This document shows positions 30,632 to 41,149 of a DNA stretch of 64,000 nucleotides, piece after piece. The notes under the pieces were generated by a model. That model was given only the letters and a program-made list of their open reading frames with translations, ran no database searches and was not told the DNA's origin. The DNA is taken from NCBI GenBank assembly GCA_963736875.1, contig CAVTQH010000002.1, positions 133,294 to 197,293 on the forward strand, read 5' to 3'. The position numbers were made by a program, and so were the translations under genes. The DNA comes from Candidatus Amesbacteria bacterium (lineage in GTDB: Bacteria; Patescibacteriota; Microgenomatia; CAZETR01; Amesbacteraceae). Positions within the stretch are counted from its first letter, which is position 1; every line of letters starts with the position of its first letter.

Positions 30632-31777
30632 TTACTTTCTATCTCTCTTAAACAACTCCGCCGATACTTCATCCGCAAGCGGGTGGTTATAGATTCTTTG
30701 CGGTAAGTCCCAATAGTCCGGTAAACCGTATGCCTGGGATGCAGCCCGGAATGAATAATATAGTTCTCCCGTCCTGTTCTGTTGAAAAACATCGCTTTTT
30801 TTGTCTTTCAGCTGTTCATACACATAATGAAAAGCTTGTTTTATGCTTTTTCCGTCTACAGTCTCGTTCCACAAATCTAAATTGTATTTTTTGGCAATAA
30901 CAGCCATCTCACTTAAAGCAAAAAGATTAAACACCTGGTAGTCTAATGACATATTCCCTCTTCTTGTTTCCTCCGGCATTTCCCCGTCGGGGTTAATTTG
31001 AGTTTTAATTCTTTCTTTTGTTGATTCTAAGGCTTGCTTAACGACATTTTCCTTACCCAAAAAATCTGCAATATATGCCACCTGCACATCATAGAAAGCC
31101 CCATGATTATTAGGCATCGCCCTCTCTCCTCCCCTCTCTTTTTCATTTCCCGCATTTGGGTTTCCGATGCCTTTTTCACTTGTTAATAGCCAGTCCAGAT
31201 ATTGTCCAAACCATTTTTTGGCTCCGTCCAGAGTTACTTTATCAATCAAACCCGCCCTTTCCATATTCCCGATTCCCTCAGCTACCTGCACCAGTCCTAC
31301 ACCATCAATAATTCCCCAGAAGTTTCCGGTGTTCTCACCCGGCTTTATTGCGGCAAACTCCAGATTGGGAGTCATTCTTGTTTCATCATTAACAAACCAT
31401 GTTCTTATTGTGGACAAGGCGTAATTCTTGTATATTTCTTTCTTTCCAACATCCTGTGAAGCATTTACAGCCATGGAAAGAATATATATCGCGTTTTCAG
31501 CCGTTTTCAGTTTTTTAGGGTCCTGGTCATTTTCTACTTCCGGATTTAGCACTGTATCCCTCTGAACTGGTTTTCCGTTTACATCTAAATGAAAATATCG
31601 GGCTGATGATTCAAAGTTCCTTTTGTCACCTGATCTGGAATTACTTTTATCCGTTATGAGTGGTATCGGAGCAGTAATTATTTTATCTGCAGTGGTCAAA
31701 ATCTCGCTTTTTGTTGCCTTTTTTTCCGAATTTGAAACAGAAATGACATCTTTTGGCGTTTCTCCAAATTCACCCAT
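30632..31777 (-). CDS. Alginate lyase family protein (PL5-like alpha/alpha barrel)
   Basis: TWFVN..TRMTPNL.FA, GIID, WFGQYLDWL, catalytic NNHG.FYDVQ, QI.PDGEMPEE..R; the ATG at 31777 follows TAGAAT by 6 nt. Confidence 0.8.
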   Translation of the reverse strand: MGEFGETPKDVISVSNSEKKATKSEILTTADKIITAPIPLITDKSNSRSGDKRNFESSARYFHLDVNGKPVQRDTVLNPEVENDQDPKKLKTAENAIYILSMAVNASQDVGKKEIYKNYALSTIRTWFVNDETRMTPNLEFAAIKPGENTGNFWGIIDGVGLVQVAEGIGNMERAGLIDKVTLDGAKKWFGQYLDWLLTSEKGIGNPNAGNEKERGGERAMPNNHGAFYDVQVAYIADFLGKENVVKQALESTKERIKTQINPDGEMPEETRRGNMSLDYQVFNLFALSEMAVIAKKYNLDLWNETVDGKSIKQAFHYVYEQLKDKKSDVFQQNRTGELYYSFRAASQAYGLPDYWDLPQRIYNHPLADEVSAELFKRDRK

Positions 31778-31858
31778 AACCATATTCTACGCCAACTAAG
31801 GACAATCCTTTCTGCAGTTGTCGAAGTGCAGGTTCCTCCCTTGCTATATAATGGAATT

Positions 31859-33982
31859 ATGGCTCGCAGGCGATCATTTTTAGGCCGGAAAACTTTTAAA
31901 GTGAAGCTCAAAAAAACCACGCTTCATTCCGTCGCCGCCGTCCTTTTATTTTCTGCCGCCGGTCTGATCTGGATTTCTTTTGTCCGTCAGGGATTATTAC
32001 TCTCACGTTTAAACTCGTTGCTTTTGGATCAGTTAGGGCTTGTTCCCGCTCTTTTTCTCCCTTTCCCTTTAATAGTCGGGGGTTTGATGATTACCAAAAT
32101 TAAGTCTTTTTTTGCCGAACCCCACGTCTTTATCGGCAGTCTGATTATCATTGCCGCTCTTACGGGATTTTTCCATGACGGTTTTTTGGGACTTAAGTTG
32201 TGGCTTAATACCAGCCTTTTTCTTTCGGAACCCGGTTCTTACCTGTTCTTTCTGGCCGGTTTGGGCATCGGCTCGATTATTATGCTGAATATTCCTTTCG
32301 AGGACCTGCTAAACGCCATAGTCAAAGTTACCGGAAAAATATCCGCGATATTTAAAAGAGACCGGCCTCTTGCCCAGCTGAAAATGTCAGGATTGCCCTC
32401 CGATAATTTTAATAAAAACCCGGACATTAAAACCACCGGATTGGTGGATAAACCTTCATCCAGGCCGCTTCCGGAAAAAACTGAAAAAACTCCTTTTCAG
32501 ACCCAAATAAAAACTCCTCAGGCAGCCAGCAATGCCCCTTGGCATTATCCTTCACTTTCCCTTCTCTCCGACAATGTTTCGGGGAAAGCCGACCGGGGAA
32601 ATGTCAACACTAATGCCGGGATAATCGAAAAAACCCTGGAGGCTTTTGGAATTACCTGCAAAGTAGTCGAAGTCAATTTGGGTCCGGCGGTGACTCAATA
32701 CGCCCTGGAAGTGGCCATCGGCACGAAGTTAAGTAAAATCAATGCTTTAAATAACGACCTGGCGCTGGCCCTGGCCGCACCCACCGGCCAAATCAGAATT
32801 GAAGCTCCGATTCCCGGCAGGTCCCTGGTGGGCATCGAACTGCCCAACCGCTCTCCGGAATTTGTCAGCCTGAAAAAAATTCTTGATGATGATAAATTAA
32901 AACATCACAAAAGCAAACTTGCCGTAGCTCTGGGCTTGGACGTCTCGGGTCAATCAATAGTAGCGGATTTGGCCCGCATGCCCCATGTCCTCATTGCCGG
33001 GCAGACCGGAGCCGGTAAGTCCGTCTGTATCAATGCTTTTATCGCCTCGTTGCTTTTCCGCTGCAGTCCCCAGGAATTAAATTTGATTCTTGTTGACACC
33101 AAACGCGTGGAATTAACGGGTTATAACGGCATTCCCCACCTGCTCGCTCCGGTGATAGTAGAACGCGAAAAAGTCCTTTCCGCCCTCAAATGGGCAATGA
33201 ATGAAATGGATAAGCGATACAAGTTGTTTTCTGAAGTGGGAGCCCGTAACCTGGAAGGTTATAACGAACTGTCGGGTTTTCAGGCCATGCCCTACCTGGT
33301 GATTTTTATTGATGAGTTGGCGGATATCATGTTATTTGCCCCGGTTGAAGTGGAAGACACCATTACCCGCATTGCCCAGATGGCCCGGGCCACCGGCATC
33401 CATTTGGTAATTGCCACTCAAAGACCGTCGGTTGACATTATTACCGGTCTGATCAAGGCCAATATCCCGGCCAGGATTGCTTTTGCCGTTTCCTCCATGA
33501 TTGATTCCCGGGTAATCATCGACCAGCCTGGTGCGGAAAAATTATTGGGCAGGGGAGATATGCTTTATGTTCCTCCCGATGCCGCCAAACCCAGCCGTCT
33601 TCAGGGAGCTTTTATATCCGATAAGGAAACTCATCAGCTCATCGATTTTCTCAAAAAACAGGGAGTGGCCCCCAATTATACGGAAGAAGTCACATCCATG
33701 CCCTTAAACCTGGGACGCAGATCAGGCAGGGGAGCCGGTCCTGTCTCTGAAGACGGGGGGAACCGCGATGAATTATTTGATGACGCTCTCCGTCTGATCA
33801 TCCAGCATGATGTTGCTTCGGCTTCTTTTCTCCAGCGGAAATTAAACATTGGTTACGCCAGAGCCGCACGGATTTTAGATCAAATGCAGCAATCCGGGAT
33901 AGTCGGTCCGGGTGAAGGTTCCAAACCCCGGGAAATCCTTATGCGCGGGTTGCCCGCAGATAACCCCGAACCCCAGCAATGA
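31859..33982 (+). CDS. ftsK: DNA translocase FtsK/SpoIIIE
   Basis: N-terminal TM segments, RIEAPIPG, AGQTGAGKS, IDELAD, ATQRPS, gamma domain IGYARAAR. Confidence 0.97.
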   Translation: MARRRSFLGRKTFKVKLKKTTLHSVAAVLLFSAAGLIWISFVRQGLLLSRLNSLLLDQLGLVPALFLPFPLIVGGLMITKIKSFFAEPHVFIGSLIIIAALTGFFHDGFLGLKLWLNTSLFLSEPGSYLFFLAGLGIGSIIMLNIPFEDLLNAIVKVTGKISAIFKRDRPLAQLKMSGLPSDNFNKNPDIKTTGLVDKPSSRPLPEKTEKTPFQTQIKTPQAASNAPWHYPSLSLLSDNVSGKADRGNVNTNAGIIEKTLEAFGITCKVVEVNLGPAVTQYALEVAIGTKLSKINALNNDLALALAAPTGQIRIEAPIPGRSLVGIELPNRSPEFVSLKKILDDDKLKHHKSKLAVALGLDVSGQSIVADLARMPHVLIAGQTGAGKSVCINAFIASLLFRCSPQELNLILVDTKRVELTGYNGIPHLLAPVIVEREKVLSALKWAMNEMDKRYKLFSEVGARNLEGYNELSGFQAMPYLVIFIDELADIMLFAPVEVEDTITRIAQMARATGIHLVIATQRPSVDIITGLIKANIPARIAFAVSSMIDSRVIIDQPGAEKLLGRGDMLYVPPDAAKPSRLQGAFISDKETHQLIDFLKKQGVAPNYTEEVTSMPLNLGRRSGRGAGPVSEDGGNRDELFDDALRLIIQHDVASASFLQRKLNIGYARAARILDQMQQSGIVGPGEGSKPREILMRGLPADNPEPQQ

Positions 33983-34620
33983 AAACCACCGGCCTAGTTC
34001 TTCAGGAAGCCCGCCTTGCCCGGAAATTGGATGTTGAGGAAGTTGCCAAAATTACCAAAATCCGCCCGCAATTTATCCGTTGGCTGGAAGCTGACGACTA
34101 CAGCCAACTTCCGAATGCCACCGTGGCCAAAGGTTTTATCAGAAATTACGGACAGTTTCTGGGATTAAATGCCAATCATCTGCTGGCGGTATTCCGTCGC
34201 GATTTTGCGGAAAATCTCCAGGGTCAGATTGTTCCCCGGGGTATGGTGGAACCGGTAACCAAAAGCAGTATCTGGACACCGAAAAGCACGGTTATTGCCA
34301 TCGTGGTTTTTCTTTTCACCGTTTTCCTGGGTTATTTGGCTTATCAGTATTACCTTTTGGTCGGTCCTCCGGCTTTGGTGGTATCCTCCCCGCCGGCCCG
34401 TCTGATAACCGCTCAGAATACGGTAGAAATTTATGGCAGAACGGATCCCGAAGCCACGATTTCGGTTAATAACCAACTGGTCGCACTGGAAAAAGGAGGC
34501 CAGTTTTTTGTGCGTATACCGTTGGTCGCCGGACCCAATCATATTTCTGTTACCGCCGCGAATAAATCCGGCAAAACCACGACCGTCAATCGGATTGTCA
34601 CCTTGACTTCCTCCCCGTAA
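33979..34620 (+). CDS. RodZ-like HTH membrane protein with Ig-like C-terminus
   Basis: HTH (TKIR..LE.DDY..LP...KGFIRNY..FLGL), one TM; overlaps the ftsK stop. Confidence 0.8.
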   Translation: MKTTGLVLQEARLARKLDVEEVAKITKIRPQFIRWLEADDYSQLPNATVAKGFIRNYGQFLGLNANHLLAVFRRDFAENLQGQIVPRGMVEPVTKSSIWTPKSTVIAIVVFLFTVFLGYLAYQYYLLVGPPALVVSSPPARLITAQNTVEIYGRTDPEATISVNNQLVALEKGGQFFVRIPLVAGPNHISVTAANKSGKTTTVNRIVTLTSSP

Positions 34621-34650
34621 TTATTTACGCTTGTTGCCAATTACATATCC

Positions 34651-34992
34651 ATGACAATCTTTATCCAACTTCTATTAGCGGCAATCATCACCGCTCTGGC
34701 TTTTCTGATGTCTCTGGTCGGTATTCAGGTTTTTCATATTTTACATGAATTCCGTCTGACTTTAAAAAAAGTTAATCGGATTTTGGACCATACCCAGACC
34801 TTGTCGGACGCGGCATCCCGCCCTGTCGCCGCCGTTAATCAGTTTTTTACCGATGTCAAAGATCTGGTTAACGAAACCCAGGATGAAATTATTGACAATA
34901 CCCCTGATAAAGTTATCAGGCCGCCTCAGCAGAAAGAGAAATTCCATCAGCGCTTCTTTCACCGTTCCGGATTACCCCTGCGTCCTTCATGA
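34651..34992 (+). CDS. Hypothetical single-TM coiled-coil protein (DUF948-like)
   Basis: N-terminal hydrophobic helix followed by a heptad-rich segment. Confidence 0.6.
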   Translation: MTIFIQLLLAAIITALAFLMSLVGIQVFHILHEFRLTLKKVNRILDHTQTLSDAASRPVAAVNQFFTDVKDLVNETQDEIIDNTPDKVIRPPQQKEKFHQRFFHRSGLPLRPS

Positions 34993-35974
34993 AAGAGTTT
35001 ATTTCTCTTTTACCTTTTTTTCTTTCCCTTATTTTCCAAAATCCTGATAAATTACCCGCTTCAGTCTCTTTTACCGTCGGCGGGGATATGATGTTTGACC
35101 GGCTGATAACCAAAAACTTACCCCGGCGATAATCTGCCCCGGGTTTTATCCCGGCTTAAGGATTCACCGCCTTTTACCGATACCGATGCCGTATTGATAA
35201 ATCTTGAAGGCCCTATTAGTGAAAAACAACTGCAATCAGACACAAATCCCGATCGTCTGATCTTTAATTTCCCCCCGGAAACAGTCAGCGCTCTTAAATA
35301 CCTGGGAATAAACGGAGTCAGTCTGGCCAATAATCACACTTCAAACGCCGGTATCAAAGGATTGTCTTATACCAGAGAAATTCTTATCAAGTCCGGAATT
35401 ACTCCGATTGGCGGACCAAATTCAGGGGATCCGTTACAAATAGCCACCTTTTCGGGAACCGGACTGAATCTTGTAGTTATCGCAGTCAATACTTTTTCTC
35501 ATCCTGTCGACATTACATCCCTGATCAGGCAAATCAAATCACAACCCGGTAACCGGGTATTGGTTTTTCCCCATTGGGGGGTGGAGTATCAGATTACCCA
35601 CTCACTCAAGTCAGCAAAAACTGGCTTACTCCTGGATTGATGCCGGAGCCGACTTGATTGTTGGTTCCCACCCTCATGTTATTCAGGACACCGAAGTCTA
35701 TAAAAACCGCCCGGTTATTTATTCCGTCGGGAACCTGCTTTTTGATCAGACTTTTTCTCCTGCCACTCAAATCGGCCTGATTATCACCGGGATTTTTACT
35801 CCCCGGGGTTTGGAGTTGTCTGCCGCTGCGGTAAAATCCGTAAACCTTCAGCCGGAAATTTTAACCGGGACGGAAAAACAAACTATCCTCGACCGTTTTT
35901 ATCAGCCGTTTACGCCTTTTCTGGACACCTCTTCCGCCGAAATCAAAGCGTTTTTTCCCGATCCGGAAAAATAA
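34989..35974 (+). CDS. CapA/PGA_cap family protein; two +1 frameshifts near 35113 and 35608
   Basis: VGGDMMFDR, NLEGP, SLANNH, HWGVEY, DAGADLIVGSHPHV, YSVGN..FDQ in successive frames. Confidence 0.85.
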
Positions 35975-36014
35975 ACCATTGCACCGGTAAATCTGAAATG
36001 GCATATTACTGGTA

Positions 36015-36521
36015 GTGCGGATCTTAATTAAAATCCTGGAATTTATATTAATAGTATTGTGTCTGGCGGGTTTGACCTGGGGCATATATTACCTGCTGAC
36101 TTTTCGTTCACCGGCATCAACCAGGGTCGAATCACAAAATAATGTCGTAGTCATAGCTGCCACCGCCCCGTTTCAATTACTGGCAACTTACCCCAACGGC
36201 CAAAAAACCGGCTTTGATCCCGAAACGAATAAGGAAATCATCACAATTCCCGGGTCAAAGTATTATTTCAAATCCGAAGAGCCCGTTCCCGAGCCGGGAT
36301 CTTATTGGTTGGGATTAACCGATCCGCCCGATAAGTTTCAGCTGCAGGTAATCGGTGAGCCTGCGGGTGAGTTCGGTTTTGGAATTTATGTCTATCGTAA
36401 TAACCGGCAGCTTCAGGAAACTTTTTCGGGAAAAATCACCGCCAAAAACTCCGCCGTTTATGAAATAAAATCCGCTCCGGCAGGAAAATCTTTTCCCTTG
36501 GAGGTCACTTTAATTAAGTAG
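36015..36521 (+). CDS. Hypothetical membrane-anchored exported protein
   Basis: N-terminal TM helix followed by a beta-rich domain. Confidence 0.6.
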   Translation: MRILIKILEFILIVLCLAGLTWGIYYLLTFRSPASTRVESQNNVVVIAATAPFQLLATYPNGQKTGFDPETNKEIITIPGSKYYFKSEEPVPEPGSYWLGLTDPPDKFQLQVIGEPAGEFGFGIYVYRNNRQLQETFSGKITAKNSAVYEIKSAPAGKSFPLEVTLIK

Positions 36522-36546
36522 TTCAGTCTTCTGCTAAAATTACCTC

Positions 36547-38355
36547 ATGCTGACAGGTAACCAGTTACGCCAGAAATATCTGGATTTTTTTGTCAGGAAA
36601 GGTCATGCGGTCATTCCCTCTGCCCCCCTTGTTCCCGAAAACGATCCCACAACTTTGTTTACCAGCTCCGGCATGCAGCCTCTTATTCCGTATCTTCTGG
36701 GTCAACCCCACCCTTTGGGTAAACGTCTGGTAAACAGCCAAAAATCTTTCAGGTCACAGGACATTGATGAGGTGGGGGACAGCCGCCACACCACTTTTTT
36801 TGAAATGCTGGGAAACTGGTCATTGGGGGACTATTTTAAAAAAGAGCAATTAAACTGGTTTTTCGAATTTCTGACCAAAGAGCTGGGACTTGATCCGCAA
36901 AAGCTCTGTGTCTCGGTATTTTCAGGCAATCAGTCCGTCCCCAAAGATTTGGAATCGCTCTCAATTTGGGAATCATTGGGTTTTCCAAAAGACCGCATCT
37001 TTTTTTATGACGTTAAAAAAAATTGGTGGTCCCGTTCCGGTGAACCCGGCAAAATGCCTGCCGGAGAACCCGGCGGTCCGGACTCCGAAGTCTTTTATGA
37101 TTTCGGACCGGATTTAAAACTTCACGAAAATTCAATCTGGAAAGATCAAAAGTGCCACCCCAACTGTGATTGCGGCCGGTTTATGGAAATCGGCAACTCC
37201 GTCTTTATGCAGTATCAAAAACAGGCTGACGGATCTTTAAAGGAACTTCCCCAAAAAAATGTGGATTTCGGCGGGGGACTGGAACGCACTCTGGCTGCAG
37301 TCCGGAATACTCCGGATATTTTTCAGACGGATTTATTCTCCCCGATTATTAATTCCATCGAAGAGTTTTCACAAAAGAAATACTCGGACATTAAAAACCA
37401 AGCTTCCATGCAGATTATTGCCGATCACATCAAAGCCTCGGTAATGTTAACCGCCGACGGGGTAGTCCCGTCAAATAAAGCCCAGGGTTACATGCTCAGA
37501 CGGTTGATAAGACGTGCCGCCGTTAAAATGCAAAAATTAACAGACAAACCGGTCGCGGAGTTTGGTAAACAGATTTGTTTGTCTGCAGGACGGATTTATC
37601 AGGATATATATTTAAGCAAAGAGCAAATATCTGATGTTTCAATAATTATCAGTGGGGAGGTTGATAAATTCGACCGGGTATTAAGCCGGGGTTTAAAAGA
37701 AATTTCCAAATACCCGGAAATTAACGGAAAAATCGCCTTTGATTTACTGCAGTCATGGGGTTTCCCTTGGGAATTGACTTACGAAATTGCCACCGAACAG
37801 GGTCAGCATCCGGATATCAAAGAATTTCAGGCCGAATTTACCAGACACCAGGAATTATCCCGTACCGCATCCAAAGGCATGTTCAAAGGAGGGCTTGAGG
37901 ATAAATCGGAGACTGTTACCAAATATCACACGGCTACCCATTTATTGCACAAAGCCCTGCGTGAGATTTTAGGCGATCACATTCAGCAAAAAGGCAGCAA
38001 TATTACCGCCGAAAGGTTGCGTTTTGACTTTTCTCATCCTGAAAAACTGACTCCCGGACAGATCCAAAAAGTTGAGGACATAGTCAACAAAAAGATTGAG
38101 GAAAATTTACCGGTTATCCGTGAGGAGTTGTCCAAAAATGAAGCTTTAAAAGAGGGTGCTTTGGCTTTTTTTGTGGAGAAATATCCTGATGTTGTCAGTG
38201 TCTATACCATCGGTTCAAAAAATAATTGGTACAGCAAGGAACTGTGCGGCGGACCCCATGTGGGCTCGACTGGGGAAATCGGGCGTATTAAGATAATGAG
38301 GGAGGAGTCTGCCGGCTCCGGTATTCGCCGCCTCTATGCCCGAATTAATCCATGA
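36547..38355 (+). CDS. alaS: Alanine-tRNA ligase (short form without C-Ala domain)
   Basis: DPTTLFTSSGMQ, HTTFFEMLGNWS, EIGNSVFMQY, editing motifs HTATH and ELCGGPH. Confidence 0.97.
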   Translation: MLTGNQLRQKYLDFFVRKGHAVIPSAPLVPENDPTTLFTSSGMQPLIPYLLGQPHPLGKRLVNSQKSFRSQDIDEVGDSRHTTFFEMLGNWSLGDYFKKEQLNWFFEFLTKELGLDPQKLCVSVFSGNQSVPKDLESLSIWESLGFPKDRIFFYDVKKNWWSRSGEPGKMPAGEPGGPDSEVFYDFGPDLKLHENSIWKDQKCHPNCDCGRFMEIGNSVFMQYQKQADGSLKELPQKNVDFGGGLERTLAAVRNTPDIFQTDLFSPIINSIEEFSQKKYSDIKNQASMQIIADHIKASVMLTADGVVPSNKAQGYMLRRLIRRAAVKMQKLTDKPVAEFGKQICLSAGRIYQDIYLSKEQISDVSIIISGEVDKFDRVLSRGLKEISKYPEINGKIAFDLLQSWGFPWELTYEIATEQGQHPDIKEFQAEFTRHQELSRTASKGMFKGGLEDKSETVTKYHTATHLLHKALREILGDHIQQKGSNITAERLRFDFSHPEKLTPGQIQKVEDIVNKKIEENLPVIREELSKNEALKEGALAFFVEKYPDVVSVYTIGSKNNWYSKELCGGPHVGSTGEIGRIKIMREESAGSGIRRLYARINP

Positions 38356-40493
38356 ACCTGCCTTTTTTTAAAAAAATCTCTTCCGGTCCCAAGCGGGAAT
38401 ACCTGTTTTCACTGGAAATCGGCTATGAAACGGTCAGAAGCGCCATCTGGACCGTTGCCAACGACCGGACTCAGGTTCTGACTATCGGTAAAACCATCAG
38501 CTGCACTCCCGCAATTGCCGAAAACCTGATTGCCGCCTGCGACCAGACTCTCACCGACTGTACCGGAAAACTTGATTCCACGGGTAAAATTCAGCCCGAA
38601 AAAGTGATTTTAGGTCTTCCTGTAAGCTGGGTACTGCAGGATAAAATTGAACCGGATAAGCTTCACTTACTGCGTGATTTAACCCAAAAACTATCATTGT
38701 CAGCCGTCGGTTTTGTCGTTACTCCCCAGGCACTGGTCAGATATCTGCAGCATACCGAAGGGGTTCCGCCCACGGCCATTCTCATCGGTTTTTGGCAAAA
38801 CACCATCGAAGTCACCCAGGTCCGTCTGGGCAAAATCGAATCTGCCCAAATGGTTAAAAGAAGCAACAAAGCTGCTGCTGATGTGATCGAAGGACTGTCC
38901 CGTCAGGGATCAACCGGCATGCTGCCGTCCAGAATGCTTTTATATGACGCGGATTCCGATTTGGAAAGCATAAAACAAAACCTGCTGGCTTTTCCCTGGC
39001 AGGCTCCTCAAACCAAATTACCTTTTCTCCATTTTCCCAAAATTGAAATTCTTCCGTCAGACTTTTCAGTTAAAGCCATCAGTCTGGCAGGGGGAAGTGA
39101 AGTGGCTCAGGCCATTGGTTTGATAACCCAGGCCCCCCCGGAAACACCATCCCCGGAAACCCCGGTCATATCAGCCACACCCGAGGACTTGGGTTTTGTG
39201 TCCGAGCAAGACATTGCTACTCTGCCGGAAACTTCCCCGCCTCCTTCCCCGGAGCCGCCGGTTGAAACAGCACCATTACCCCAAAAGGTTACCCTTCCTA
39301 AATTTAAACTGCCTTCCCTTCACATTCATTTTCCCCGGTTTACCGGATCTTTGAAACTAATCGCCTTAATCATCATCTTATTACTGGTCTTGGCGGGTTT
39401 GGGATCCGCATATTGGTTTCTTCCCAAAGCGACGGTCACGATTTCGGTTGATCGGAAATCACTGCAGAATGAACTTAATATTACTGCCGATTCGGCGGTT
39501 ACCTCTCTTGACCTGGAAAAGCGTCTTTTACCCGTTTCGGTAATCAATACCGAAGTTTCCGGGCAAAAAAGCAAAACCGCGACGGGTAACGTTCTGACCG
39601 GAGAAAAAGCCGCAGGGGAAGTAACCGTGATTAACGGAACTTCTTCTCCCCGGACTTTTCCCGCCGGCACACAAATTACTTCTCCTTCCGGTCTGATATA
39701 TTCCTTTAACTCGGCAGTCGAAGTCGCCTCCGCATCAGGTACGGCGGATCCGAATTCTTACCAGCCGGGCAAAGCCACTGTCAAAATCACCGCCAACATT
39801 ATCGGAAGTGACAGTAATCTCTCAGCCGGAACCCAGTTTAAAATCGGGACTTTTTCTGCCATGGACTACGTGGCCAGAAATGATGCGGCTTTCAGCGGGG
39901 GATCAAGCCGTCAGGTGGCTGCTGTTTCCAAATCGGATATTTCCGATTTGAGGTCTCAGTTAACCACCCAGCTTCAGGAGCAGGCCAAAGCGGATCTTTT
40001 GGCCAAAAAAACCTCCGGCTTTGAAATAATTAATGAGTCAATAAAATACACCCCGGCTGCCGAAAAATTCAATCATGCCGCTGACGAAGTGGCTTCCGAA
40101 GTCAGTTTGAACTTGTCGATGCGGGCAAGTGTATATGAATTTGCCTCATCTGACCTGGAAAAATTGGTTACTGCCGGGATTGAATCTCTCATCCCTCCTG
40201 ATTATCAGCTTTCCGGCAATCCCGAATATTTATTTACCATCGGCAGCATTAAGGATAAACAAACCCAACTTACGGTTCAGGTTACGGCTTCGCTTTTACC
40301 CAGGTTAAACCAGGACCAAATCATTCAGAATATTTCGGGCAAATTCCCGGAAGCGGTCAAAGACTACCTGACCGGCCTTCCCGGTGTATCCCGGGTCAAT
40401 TTTCAGTTCTCTCTTCCCCTGCCCCGTCAGATATTAACTCTTCCTCATATTTCCTCAAATATCAAAATAGTTATTGAACCCGGCAACCAATGA
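38352..40493 (+). CDS. Bitopic protein: FtsA/actin-like N-terminus, Pro-rich linker, TM, baseplate-J-like C-terminus
   Basis: FSLEIG..TVRSAIW; single TM mid-protein; ATG...GEKA.GEVTVIN, FPAGT, V.ITA..IG.DSN, FSGGSSR. Confidence 0.6.
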   Translation: MNLPFFKKISSGPKREYLFSLEIGYETVRSAIWTVANDRTQVLTIGKTISCTPAIAENLIAACDQTLTDCTGKLDSTGKIQPEKVILGLPVSWVLQDKIEPDKLHLLRDLTQKLSLSAVGFVVTPQALVRYLQHTEGVPPTAILIGFWQNTIEVTQVRLGKIESAQMVKRSNKAAADVIEGLSRQGSTGMLPSRMLLYDADSDLESIKQNLLAFPWQAPQTKLPFLHFPKIEILPSDFSVKAISLAGGSEVAQAIGLITQAPPETPSPETPVISATPEDLGFVSEQDIATLPETSPPPSPEPPVETAPLPQKVTLPKFKLPSLHIHFPRFTGSLKLIALIIILLLVLAGLGSAYWFLPKATVTISVDRKSLQNELNITADSAVTSLDLEKRLLPVSVINTEVSGQKSKTATGNVLTGEKAAGEVTVINGTSSPRTFPAGTQITSPSGLIYSFNSAVEVASASGTADPNSYQPGKATVKITANIIGSDSNLSAGTQFKIGTFSAMDYVARNDAAFSGGSSRQVAAVSKSDISDLRSQLTTQLQEQAKADLLAKKTSGFEIINESIKYTPAAEKFNHAADEVASEVSLNLSMRASVYEFASSDLEKLVTAGIESLIPPDYQLSGNPEYLFTIGSIKDKQTQLTVQVTASLLPRLNQDQIIQNISGKFPEAVKDYLTGLPGVSRVNFQFSLPLPRQILTLPHISSNIKIVIEPGNQ

Positions 40494-41149
40494 GGCGGGT
40501 TATCCCCCTGTTTATCCTTTTTGCCGGTATCTCGATTTTAGGCAGCGTTCTTTTTCCCATTGGGGGACAGGCTTTGGAATTTTTTCTTTTCCCCCGACCC
40601 GAGCTTCTTGATCCGACTCTGGTTTCCGCCTACCCCGCCCCCGTAGTAGTCACTTCTCTGGGAACCGCTTCTGACTATACCAGTGCTTCAAACTGGTTTA
40701 ATTCCGCCGTTTCCCTTCCTCCCGCCGCTGTTACTCCGATTACTTTTTTCACTATTTCCCTCCCCCGTCTTAAAATGCAGGACATTCCGGTTCAAATCAA
40801 CGGCTCTGATTTGAAAAAAAACGTCATTCATTATTCGGGTACCGCTCTGCCGGGTGACTATGGTAATACGGTCATTTTCGGCCACTCCGCTCTGCCCCAG
40901 TTTTACCGCCCGGGTAATCCTCTGACAGTTTTTAATCCCTTAATCAAGGCCAAAACCGGCGACGACATCTACATATCCTATGACGGTATCTCATATCATT
41001 ATCTGATCAGGAACATTACCGAAGTCAAACCCTCCCAAATTGAGGTGCTGGCCCAGAATTTTTCCCGTCATGACTTAACGCTTATCACCTGCACCCCGTT
41101 GGGAACTTACTGGCGCCGTTTCGTTGTCCGCGCCGAATTGGTTAAGTAA
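40490..41149 (+). CDS. Sortase
   Basis: HYSGTALPG..GN.VIFGHS, LTLITCTP, RFVVRA. Confidence 0.92.
   Translation: MRRVIPLFILFAGISILGSVLFPIGGQALEFFLFPRPELLDPTLVSAYPAPVVVTSLGTASDYTSASNWFNSAVSLPPAAVTPITFFTISLPRLKMQDIPVQINGSDLKKNVIHYSGTALPGDYGNTVIFGHSALPQFYRPGNPLTVFNPLIKAKTGDDIYISYDGISYHYLIRNITEVKPSQIEVLAQNFSRHDLTLITCTPLGTYWRRFVVRAELVK

Noticed and set aside
38352-40493. Prophage or contractile injection system suggested by the baseplate-J-like domain
   Set aside because: No sheath, tube, capsid, terminase or integrase genes nearby; the gene is coupled to housekeeping genes
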